From: Thermoplasmata archaeon
Lineage (GTDB): Archaea; Thermoplasmatota; Thermoplasmata; Thermoplasmatales; ARK-15
Assembly: GCA_039794005.1 (NCBI GenBank)
Contig: JBAMMA010000020.1
Coordinates: forward strand, 9,188-73,187
Direction of reading: 5' to 3'
DNA: 64,000 bases
In this document: in pieces, positions 50,758 through 59,630 of the stretch
Layout of the letters: the number at the start of each line of letters is the position of its first letter
Position numbering within the stretch: position 1 is the stretch's first letter
The notes under the pieces: model-generated
The model's input: the letters and a program-made list of their open reading frames with translations, nothing else
The model's database searches: none
What the model was told of the DNA's origin: nothing
Translations under genes and position numbers: made by a program

Positions 50758-51540
50758 ATGTTCGATCTTTCATTAATACAAATCATACTTTCCATAATTT
50801 CCGGTTTAATAGTTGGATTTTCGCTTGGATTAATCGGCGGTGGAGGATCAATACTGGCAATACCGTTGTTGATTTATTTGGTTGGTTATAATCATCCACA
50901 CACAGTTATTGGTACAACTGCTCTCGCAGTTGGAATAAATGCATATCTTAATCTAATTCCACATGCAAGAAAAAATAATGTGAAATTCAAACCGGGAATA
51001 ATATTTAGCATCTTTGGAGTTTTTGGAGTATTATTGGGAGCACAACTGGGTCTTATAACTCCAGGAAAAAAGTTGTTATTTTTATTTGCAATTGTGATGA
51101 TTATTATAGCTATTAACATGTACAGAAAAAAATGCCCCAGCAACGTTAATGAAAAAATAAACAAAAAACCTAATTACTATTTGTTGATTTTATATGCTTT
51201 TTTGGTCGGATTTGCATCTGGATATTTTGGGATTGGTGGCGGATTTATGATTGTGCCGAGCTTAATGTATGGGGCTGGATTAAATATATTAAATGCAATT
51301 GGCACATCACTTTTAAGTGTCGGAACCTTCGGAATTACAACTGCAATAAGATATTCATTAAGCGGTAAAATAAATATATTTATTACAATTTTATATATTT
51401 CAGGAGGAATATTTGGTGGATGGATCGGTGCACATTTTGCTCATAGAGTACCGAGGATGTTGTTGACAAAGATATTTGCAATCATAATTATAATTGTGGC
51501 CATATACATGATTTATGAAAATGTAACAGCATTCCCCTAA
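50758..51540 (+). CDS. TauE/SafE-family sulfite/anion exporter
   Basis: Duplicated GL.GGGG / G.FGIGGG..VP motifs, A.GTSL. Confidence 0.9.
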   Translation: MFDLSLIQIILSIISGLIVGFSLGLIGGGGSILAIPLLIYLVGYNHPHTVIGTTALAVGINAYLNLIPHARKNNVKFKPGIIFSIFGVFGVLLGAQLGLITPGKKLLFLFAIVMIIIAINMYRKKCPSNVNEKINKKPNYYLLILYAFLVGFASGYFGIGGGFMIVPSLMYGAGLNILNAIGTSLLSVGTFGITTAIRYSLSGKINIFITILYISGGIFGGWIGAHFAHRVPRMLLTKIFAIIIIIVAIYMIYENVTAFP

Positions 51541-51584
51541 ATTTACCAAAATGTTTTTATCTATTTAATCCTTAAAAGAAATCG

Positions 51585-51782
51585 ATGTTTAAAAATACAC
51601 TCTTGGGAATGTTTTCATTGATGTTGATTACTCTAGCATTAATGTTCTATGTAGGTTGGGGTTTATATTATAATGCATGGACAGATGTTGGATTATTTTC
51701 ATTTGTTTCTGTGATCATAGTCTTTGGAATATTGGGGCTTTTACTGTCAAGATTAAATGAAAAGGAAATGAGTATTCAGTAG
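51585..51782 (+). CDS. Small two-TM membrane protein
   Basis: 65 aa with FY.GWG..Y..W.D.G between two hydrophobic helices. Confidence 0.65.
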   Translation: MFKNTLLGMFSLMLITLALMFYVGWGLYYNAWTDVGLFSFVSVIIVFGILGLLLSRLNEKEMSIQ

Positions 51783-53179
51783 GGTTTTCCAATATAGCAC
51801 AAATTATCAGTTTCCTTTCCACAGATTAGACATTTTCCATTCTTCTTTTCAATGTTTAATGGTATTCCCAATACCTTTTTGCCAGATTCTTGATCAATGA
51901 TATCTGCGCACGCCTTTGAACCACACCAGTGAATTAAATTAACATCTTCATCAGACTTTATATCATCAATCGATTTAGCCTCTTTTATTTTTGAATACAT
52001 GTTTTTGTATGCTCTTTCCCTTAGATTTCTCTGTATATCATTTAATATTTCTTTTAATCTTGGTAACATTTCACTTCTTTGTATCGTGATCCTTTCAAAG
52101 GTATCCCTTCTGGCCACGGTGATGACATTGTTTTTAATATCCCTGGGTCCTAATTCTATTCTTAACGGAACACCCTTCAATTCCCAGTCATAAAATTTGT
52201 ATCCTGGGGTATAATCATCCCTGTCATCGAGTTTTACCCTAAATTCATTTTTAACTTCATCATATAATTTTCTTGATTCATTAATTATCATTTCTTTATC
52301 CCCGGAGATTATGGGTACAATTACAATTTGATATGGCGCTATCTCTGGTGGCAATATTAAACCCCTGTCATCTCCATGTATGCCAACAATTGCACCTATT
52401 ATCCTTTCGCTAATTCCAAAGGTTGTCTGATAAACATAATCTCTTGAACCGTCTTCTTTTGTAAACATAATTTCATATGCCCTGGAAAAATTTTGACCAT
52501 AGCTGTGCATTGTTCCGATTTGTAATGGTCTTCCTGAGGGCATAATGGTATCGGCTGCAATGGTATAATCCGCACCGGCAAATTTGTCCCAGTCAGGTCT
52601 TTTATTCAAAATGTATGGTAATGCCATTTTTTGACAGAATTTTTCCCAAATATTAATATCTTCATTTATCTGCTTTTCTGAATCCTCCTGACTTTCATGG
52701 CATGTGTGAGCTTCGAAAAAGTGAATCTCCCTAACCCTTAAAAATGCTCTGGTTTGTTTGGTCTCATACCTAAAAACATTTACAATTTGGAATACCTTCA
52801 GTGGCAGATCTCCATGTGTTCTTATCCACAGTGAAAACATTGGATACATTGATGTCTCGCTCGTTGGCCTTAAAATCAGTGGGATATCCAGCTTTTCATT
52901 TCCGCCCCTTTCTACCCAAAAGACTTCTCCTCCAAAACCTCTTATATGTTCAGACTCTTTTGCAAATTGATCACTAGGAATCAACAATGGGAAATATACT
53001 TCTTCGTGACCTGTTTCGAACATTAATGTCCTCAAAACTTCATCCATTTTTTTGGCAATAGCCCATCCATAAGGAAGCCATACATTCATTCCCTTTACGG
53101 GATATCTCTTATCAATCAACTTAGCCTCTTCTATTACCTCATTATACCATTCATTAAAATTTTCCTTTTTTTCCTTCAT
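51776..53179 (-). CDS. proS: Proline--tRNA ligase (archaeal/eukaryotic type)
   Basis: F.EWY, LRPTSET, FRYET...FLR.RE, G.SER; C-terminal zinc domain ending in Y. Confidence 0.97.
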   Translation of the reverse strand: MKEKKENFNEWYNEVIEEAKLIDKRYPVKGMNVWLPYGWAIAKKMDEVLRTLMFETGHEEVYFPLLIPSDQFAKESEHIRGFGGEVFWVERGGNEKLDIPLILRPTSETSMYPMFSLWIRTHGDLPLKVFQIVNVFRYETKQTRAFLRVREIHFFEAHTCHESQEDSEKQINEDINIWEKFCQKMALPYILNKRPDWDKFAGADYTIAADTIMPSGRPLQIGTMHSYGQNFSRAYEIMFTKEDGSRDYVYQTTFGISERIIGAIVGIHGDDRGLILPPEIAPYQIVIVPIISGDKEMIINESRKLYDEVKNEFRVKLDDRDDYTPGYKFYDWELKGVPLRIELGPRDIKNNVITVARRDTFERITIQRSEMLPRLKEILNDIQRNLRERAYKNMYSKIKEAKSIDDIKSDEDVNLIHWCGSKACADIIDQESGKKVLGIPLNIEKKNGKCLICGKETDNLCYIGKPY

Positions 53180-53271
53180 ATTAGAGATAAAAAATTATCT
53201 AATAATAAATTTAATCAAATTAAAAAACATTCAAAAAAATTTATATATCAGGAAGTGGCTTATTTATTATT

Positions 53272-55830
53272 ATGTTGAATAAGGAAAAAGGGATATCATC
53301 CATACCGGGGGTATTATTAGTTGTTATTATAACAATTGTATTATTTTCAGCCACTTTTATATATGTAGTAAACAATATAAATAATTTTGCCCCTTCTAAA
53401 CAATCATATTTTTCGGTTAATATGATATTTCCCTCAGGCACTCAATCCGGGTATTTTAAATTAATCGTTAAAAATGAATATGGAAGCAGTATATCTACAA
53501 TGAATACTGAATTTGAAATTCTAATAGTTGAAAAAAATCAGGTAATTTATAAAACACATTTATTATCTGAATTCATACACGATATGTATTGGAATTATGG
53601 TCAAAATTTTACTTATAATTCACAGATGGATTCAATATCCATTCAATTATCAAACAGTACACAGGTATTTGTCGGATTTATAAACCTAAATAATCATAAT
53701 GTAATATGGTATTCAAAGATAACAAATGTAATGATTTCTAAACCTCTCTCTCTTTCATCATTTACACCCGTGAATGTTAGTGTAGGAACACCTATTAATT
53801 TAATTGCGGATGTTTATGGTGGGGATCCTCCATATCATTATTATTGGAACGTAACCGGTCCAGGTTACTGGCTTACAGCCCCGTATAATAAATCAACATT
53901 GTTGTACCCTTCCAGCGCTGGAATTTATATTGTAAATTTAACGGTATATGATAGTTTTAATGCAACAAATGTATATGGTCCCACTGGAAACATAATTTAT
54001 AATTATCAAAATTATACACCACCTTCAATACCTCATCCAATACAAAATAATACCACAGTATCAACATATTCAGGTTTCTTTATACCATATCTTTATCCAG
54101 ATTATGTTGGATATCCTGAAGATCTGCAGAAACATGCTAAAATTATTGAAGGATTACAATATGAGGCATTTGGACTCGGCAATGATGGAAGCTTAGTATA
54201 TTGGGGAGATAGTGGAGTCACTAAAGTATTAAAAAGCCTTGGAATTCCAGCATACCCAATGATCGTAAATAGTTATAAGATATCAAAAACAATGGCCTTG
54301 TTAAATAATCCAAATGTTCAGAAACAATTTATAAATTCTGCTATAATGTATGCCCAGCAAAATGGATATGCTGGATATTCAATAGATTTTGAACCACCTA
54401 GTAATGGAGATTTCACAATACAGGATTCACAGAAATTTATAGACTTTTTAAATGAATTTGCAAATGCTTTACATCAATATGGATTAAAACTTATGGTAGC
54501 AATTGATCCTGCATATAATCGAAATCCAATATCTAATCTTTACTATTATTTCTACCATCCAGATGAAAAAATCATGGTGGATTATGTTGAAATAATGGCT
54601 TATGAAGGCCATTATTCTGGACCGGCAAGCTTTCAAAGTGCAGTTAATTCTATTGTTTCTGCCACTGGCCAATATCTGTCCTTGAATCAAATAGTTATAA
54701 TATTATCAACAACAAACCCAAACACAAATCGGCCTTTCACAGATCAGGAATTGCAAGAAAGAATTAATTATACAGAGCAGAATAACATTAAAGGTTTATC
54801 CGTTTGGTCTTTATCACAACCTGGAGGCTTCCCGCAACCAGATTTATGGAATATGATTGCAGAATTTGAAGGATACAGTCAATCCGCCCCACAGAATTCT
54901 ACAAATCAAACATCACCGGGAAATGGAATGCCACAAAACTCTACTGTGCCTCAACCAGGAGGAAGCACATCTGGATATGTTGGACCGAAGACGATATATA
55001 GTACAAAGGTCATAGTTGTACAGCAGAATAGTTCAATAAACATAATTCCATCACTAAAATTTAGTGTAAGTTTAAATAATAATTTTAATTTTCATATTAA
55101 TAAAAACATATTTATAAATTCTTCGGACCCGTCTGGCATTGTTGAAGCCGGTTATAATGCATCATATCCAACATTAGAAATTTTAACCATTCCGGGTCCA
55201 AACATTGCCGATTTAATGATTGAACTGTCACAAATTTCTTGGGGTGCTGTCATAGAAGTACCAGGATGGGAAACTCTGGGAATAGAATGGTTCTTAGGTG
55301 GGGCACCGCTGAATTTCACAGGAACCCAGTATCAATTTATTCCTTCATATGCAGGATACAATGAAACTACGTATCAGATAAATGTTTATGTTTTATACAT
55401 GATCTATTTAATAATTTTACAACCCGTTCAAGATTTTGTATTTGGTGGATTCATCTGGATTCCTGAAATAATCAACATACAGGAACAAATGGTATTAATA
55501 GCAACCTTTAACCTTTACGTATTTCCTATGTTCAATGCAACCATCGAAGCACATCCACAACAAGTGGGATTAAATAATGTTACATTTTATGCCACATTTA
55601 ATCAAAAAATTAACGGATATGTTTATCTGTCCATACCTCAGATTTTTGTGAATAATACACCTATGTTACCTGTTACTGGAACAAATGGATATACATTTTA
55701 TGCTTCAGTCTATTTGCCATATGCTCAGGGAGGAATGAAAGAGGGTTATGTAAATGCAAATATTTCAGTATATTCTGTTAACGGGACATATGAATTTAGT
55801 TTCCCGATATATATAAAATTAAAAACCTAA
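53272..55830 (+). CDS. Archaeal pilin-like (class III signal peptide) surface protein with PKD and GH18 domains
   Basis: KEKG/ISSIPGVLLVVIITIVL; GG.PPY.Y.W...G.Y.V.LTV.DS (PKD); GYAGYSIDFE, MAYE, GLSVWSL (GH18). Confidence 0.8.
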   Translation: MLNKEKGISSIPGVLLVVIITIVLFSATFIYVVNNINNFAPSKQSYFSVNMIFPSGTQSGYFKLIVKNEYGSSISTMNTEFEILIVEKNQVIYKTHLLSEFIHDMYWNYGQNFTYNSQMDSISIQLSNSTQVFVGFINLNNHNVIWYSKITNVMISKPLSLSSFTPVNVSVGTPINLIADVYGGDPPYHYYWNVTGPGYWLTAPYNKSTLLYPSSAGIYIVNLTVYDSFNATNVYGPTGNIIYNYQNYTPPSIPHPIQNNTTVSTYSGFFIPYLYPDYVGYPEDLQKHAKIIEGLQYEAFGLGNDGSLVYWGDSGVTKVLKSLGIPAYPMIVNSYKISKTMALLNNPNVQKQFINSAIMYAQQNGYAGYSIDFEPPSNGDFTIQDSQKFIDFLNEFANALHQYGLKLMVAIDPAYNRNPISNLYYYFYHPDEKIMVDYVEIMAYEGHYSGPASFQSAVNSIVSATGQYLSLNQIVIILSTTNPNTNRPFTDQELQERINYTEQNNIKGLSVWSLSQPGGFPQPDLWNMIAEFEGYSQSAPQNSTNQTSPGNGMPQNSTVPQPGGSTSGYVGPKTIYSTKVIVVQQNSSINIIPSLKFSVSLNNNFNFHINKNIFINSSDPSGIVEAGYNASYPTLEILTIPGPNIADLMIELSQISWGAVIEVPGWETLGIEWFLGGAPLNFTGTQYQFIPSYAGYNETTYQINVYVLYMIYLIILQPVQDFVFGGFIWIPEIINIQEQMVLIATFNLYVFPMFNATIEAHPQQVGLNNVTFYATFNQKINGYVYLSIPQIFVNNTPMLPVTGTNGYTFYASVYLPYAQGGMKEGYVNANISVYSVNGTYEFSFPIYIKLKT

Positions 55831-55835
55831 AAAAT

Positions 55836-56846
55836 TTACAGATATGCTGAGGTATCTGTTCCCTTTTCCTGCTGTATTATTTCATCATATAATTTTTCTG
55901 CATTTTCACGATCCATACCAACCTTGTTTATGAGGAAGTTAATTATGTCATCCTTCGTTTCCCCTTTAGACATTCTATCTCTTACCATCATTATTACCCT
56001 CATTGCCAACTGTTTATTGAATTCCTCCTCTATTTTGAGTTCTCTAACCATCATGAACATTGCAGTTACCATTCCTGACAATGAATCGGATAATTCTTCC
56101 TTACTAAATGATATTAAATCTAATTCGCTTGTTAATATTATTTCTTCATTTATACCCCTAATAGTGAATTTGGCCAATGTAATTCTGTCGTTTAAGAACA
56201 ATAATTTTCTTGATATATCTAATCTTTGAACTACATCTAAAAGTGCAGTTTCTATTCCAGTGTAAACTTCTAATCTTAATGTATATTGATTAATTATTAT
56301 ATGAAGAATGAAAGGTACTTTTGGATGTTCTGCTACTATTTCATTTTTATAAATTTTTACATCCCATTGCAGGTCAAGAAGATCATCAGTTTTTTCTGTA
56401 CCGGAAGTAAGCCAGCTAACTATTTCTTTTTTCCAGTCTACAAATGTTTTTCCAGCCTCTAAAATTAACAGAGGAGCAAGTTTAATGATATCATTTTCCG
56501 TTAATATACCAATTATTTTACCATCCCTTAACACTGGCAATTTTCTGATTTTCTTCTCAGACATCAACTTGGCCGCATAATCCAGTAAATCTTCTTCTAA
56601 AACAAAAATTATAGGGGAATTCATCACTTCCTTTAAAGATGTTTTTTCTATATCCCTCTGTTTAAATAGAACCTTAGTTACAAAATCTCTTTCGGTAATA
56701 ATTCCAGCAGGGACTCCTCCCTCATCAACAATTACCGTATATTTCTGATTCTCAATCATTTTATTTATGGCATCTTTTACGCTGGCATTAGCATCCAATT
56801 CAATAAAATTATCAGACATCGCATCTTTTACCTTTAAAACTTTCAT
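55836..56846 (-). CDS. CBS-pair protein fused to a C-terminal YbjN/CesT-like domain
   Basis: Tandem CBS (GIITERD, IRKLPV, GILTENDI); C-terminal R.LL.LN...LAKF...I.L..E pattern. Confidence 0.8.
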   Translation of the reverse strand: MKVLKVKDAMSDNFIELDANASVKDAINKMIENQKYTVIVDEGGVPAGIITERDFVTKVLFKQRDIEKTSLKEVMNSPIIFVLEEDLLDYAAKLMSEKKIRKLPVLRDGKIIGILTENDIIKLAPLLILEAGKTFVDWKKEIVSWLTSGTEKTDDLLDLQWDVKIYKNEIVAEHPKVPFILHIIINQYTLRLEVYTGIETALLDVVQRLDISRKLLFLNDRITLAKFTIRGINEEIILTSELDLISFSKEELSDSLSGMVTAMFMMVRELKIEEEFNKQLAMRVIMMVRDRMSKGETKDDIINFLINKVGMDRENAEKLYDEIIQQEKGTDTSAYL

Positions 56847-56929
56847 AGTTTAAAATTAATTAAATACTATAAAAAATTTTCCTATTAATTCTTAAAGTTT
56901 ATCTAATCATTCATATATAAAAATAAATT

Positions 56930-58225
56930 ATGGTGGTGAAATATTTCTGCGGATCAGAATTTTCAGGAAATGAATTGGATCAATTTAAGAGTATAAAAAA
57001 TATTTTGGAAAGAAAATATAAAAATGATAATGATTTTGTATACGTTATTTTTAATTTTCATTTACCGGAAACAGGTACTCAAATAGACATTTTAATAATA
57101 AAAAATTTTCAGAATTTCTTAATTATAGAGATGAAAAATTATCAGGGGGATATATACGGATCTACTAATGGGGTATGGAAAGCCATAGATATAAATGGTA
57201 ATGTCATAGAAATTAAAGAAGGTTATTCAGGAAATCTATTTTTACAATGTAGATTAGAAAGATCTAACTTCGTGAAGTTTCTAGAAAATCTACATAAAAA
57301 AAATGAAAATATATTAAATAATTTGCCATTTTTACCATCTCAAGATTTATCTTACAAAAAAGACAATCCAATTTATAAAATTGTTAGTTCATGGTTATTT
57401 TTCAAGGACGGAAGCCAGTATAAAGGAGGGGTTGAAAACTCATCACCAATAAACTTTGGACTTAATCCATGGTTTAACGTTACCAATGAAAATAATCTGT
57501 TTTATTTTTTGGACAAATTGAAAAATAATTATGAAATAAAAAAGGAAGATTTAAATGAAATAATTAAATCATTAAATGTCAGAGAATGTTCTGAAAATTT
57601 AAATCAAATAAAAACCGGTTCTGAAATTTCAAAAATTTTAAATAAATTCGCAGATGACTATATAACATTAGATTTCCTTTATCAGTTTGCATCATTACCA
57701 ACTAAAGATAAAGAAAAAAAATTGGAAATAGATGAATATTTAAATTACATTGAAAATAATTTAAAAATAAGATATGGTGATGTAATAAGCATTGAAACGG
57801 AAAATTTATTAAAAATATTCAATTCTGAAATCAAACCAATCATTTTAAAAAAGATAAACATTGCGAAAAGAAATACTTTAGATACGGGTAAAGAGAAAAT
57901 TAACAATGTAATTAAACAGTTAGAGAACGAAATCATAGAGTTTATAAAAGGTCAAAGAGTTTTAGAAATTATCAATGAAAAAAATAGAGGTAATTTATCG
58001 TATTTAGAAAGATTATTATTGAGGAAAATTATAAATTTGAGCCTGGAAAATAATGAATTCAATATCCCAAGGGTCAAATTTTTATTGGGGAATGATGAAA
58101 CGGATGTGACGAAATATATTGAAGATTTATTGATAAAATTAGGATATTTTAATAAACTTAAAAAATTGGATGATGATCCCAAGGAGATATTAGTACCCAC
58201 ATATTTAATAGATATGATAATATAA
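56930..58225 (+). CDS. NERD-domain (PD-(D/E)xK) nuclease with unknown C-terminal region
   Basis: N...QIDILII....LIIEMKNYQGDI.G...G.W, NLFLQ. Confidence 0.8.
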   Translation: MVVKYFCGSEFSGNELDQFKSIKNILERKYKNDNDFVYVIFNFHLPETGTQIDILIIKNFQNFLIIEMKNYQGDIYGSTNGVWKAIDINGNVIEIKEGYSGNLFLQCRLERSNFVKFLENLHKKNENILNNLPFLPSQDLSYKKDNPIYKIVSSWLFFKDGSQYKGGVENSSPINFGLNPWFNVTNENNLFYFLDKLKNNYEIKKEDLNEIIKSLNVRECSENLNQIKTGSEISKILNKFADDYITLDFLYQFASLPTKDKEKKLEIDEYLNYIENNLKIRYGDVISIETENLLKIFNSEIKPIILKKINIAKRNTLDTGKEKINNVIKQLENEIIEFIKGQRVLEIINEKNRGNLSYLERLLLRKIINLSLENNEFNIPRVKFLLGNDETDVTKYIEDLLIKLGYFNKLKKLDDDPKEILVPTYLIDMII

Positions 58226-58321
58226 AAAAATTTAAAAAATATTATTTTTTAATTTAAATTATTATTAGTTAAAAAAATAAAATGTTTTATGATCATAAGA
58301 AAACAGTTTATTAAAAATACA

Positions 58322-58395
58322 TGGGGCCGGTCGGATTCGAACCGACGACCAACGGGTTATGAGCCCGCCGCTCCACCTGGCTAAGCTACGACCCC
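58322..58395 (-). tRNA. tRNA with CAT anticodon, probably tRNA-Ile2 (agmatidine-modified); elongator Met less likely
   Basis: GGGGTCG/CGGCCCC-A acceptor; GCGGG-CTCATAA-CCCGT; G1-C72 rules out the archaeal initiator (A1-U72). Confidence 0.9.
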
Positions 58396-58487
58396 GCAAA
58401 TAGAATATTGAAAAACAATATTAAAAATTTACTTTGATCTTAATGTTTAATTAATCTATTAAATAAAATAAAAAATAAATAAAAAAA

Positions 58488-59630
58488 TCATGTTTCTATG
58501 TTTTTATTTTTAATAATCACTCTGTTTATGAGCCAGATATATATTATTAATAATATCAAAGATACTGTATATGACATTATGTACCAAATATTGGTTAAAT
58601 ATGTTAGGTTATTTATAAATTGAGATGCATTTATACCGGTATTTCCGGTTACAACAAAGTAAGGATATCTTGAATAATCATTTAAGAATTCACCTAAAAT
58701 GAATGTAATAATGGCCAATGAAGATAATGTTAATGGTATGATTTTATTGATATTTTCTTTATCTATTGAAAAATAGAGATAATACAAAATATACCACATG
58801 AAAAAGATGAAAATTATGAAAATAATGAATAAAAATGATAAAGCATTATAATGTGATGTGTTTAATAAGGGCCAGAATATTTGATTTGCAATGTATTGAG
58901 TATTTGATATTAATTCTAGTGAATAAATAAATCCTAATAATACCTCTATGGGCAGTGATATCATTGCTATCTTAATGAATATTATTGCAGTCCTTTTACT
59001 TAATTCGTTCCTATTTTTTAAATAGGAATAAATGTATGCTCCTGCAAATGTTAATGATACTAAAGTTAATGCTCCAAATATCCTGTGAAGTGTAAGATCT
59101 GGATACAATGGATTTGAATATATTGAAAAATAGGAATTTTGTTTGTAAACGGAATTTGGGGATCCAAGGCCAACAGGATCGTCTATAAATGCAAAGATCA
59201 TATTAAAACCTGATGCTACCATGATTGCTCCAATTGCCATAAACAGACCTATTAAAACATGTAATTTCTCAGAAATTTTATCCCATGTAAACCAATATAT
59301 TCCTATGCTTGGCAATGCTATAAGAATTCCAATTAATGCTATTACCAATGATGCAAACAAATCTGTTGTTGCAATATATGTCACTGATGGCCAGAATCCT
59401 CCAAGAAAGACTGTAATCCATGTAGCCCAAACCCCCGCAAATAGGTCTGACAATATCATGAATTTAAACACGTTTTTAAGAATCCTTTTACCATCCTGGT
59501 CATTCTTTTTATAATAATAATATTCCATTAAAGGAATTATTATCGATAATCCAAGTATGAAGTTGACCAATAAAAGATGCGTAATCACGGCATAACCCAA
59601 TAATACAAATGCATCAAATACATCAGTCAT
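58488..59630 (-). CDS. CydA' subunit (CydA paralog) of a cytochrome bd-type CydAA' oxidase
   Basis: H.LLVN..LGL, FAGVWATW, HRIFGA, GE..N..SRYPY; CydA-homologous, not CydB; start at MTDVF. Confidence 0.82.
   Translation of the reverse strand: MTDVFDAFVLLGYAVITHLLLVNFILGLSIIIPLMEYYYYKKNDQDGKRILKNVFKFMILSDLFAGVWATWITVFLGGFWPSVTYIATTDLFASLVIALIGILIALPSIGIYWFTWDKISEKLHVLIGLFMAIGAIMVASGFNMIFAFIDDPVGLGSPNSVYKQNSYFSIYSNPLYPDLTLHRIFGALTLVSLTFAGAYIYSYLKNRNELSKRTAIIFIKIAMISLPIEVLLGFIYSLELISNTQYIANQIFWPLLNTSHYNALSFLFIIFIIFIFFMWYILYYLYFSIDKENINKIIPLTLSSLAIITFILGEFLNDYSRYPYFVVTGNTGINASQFINNLTYLTNIWYIMSYTVSLILLIIYIWLINRVIIKNKNIET

Noticed and set aside
56847-58321. att duplication flanking the NERD gene
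   Set aside because: No copy of the tRNA 3' end found upstream of the gene
58322-58395. Initiator tRNA-Met, suggested by the GGG/CCC anticodon stem
   Set aside because: Lacks A1-U72; the G-rich acceptor fits Ile2 better, though Ile2 versus elongator Met is not certain
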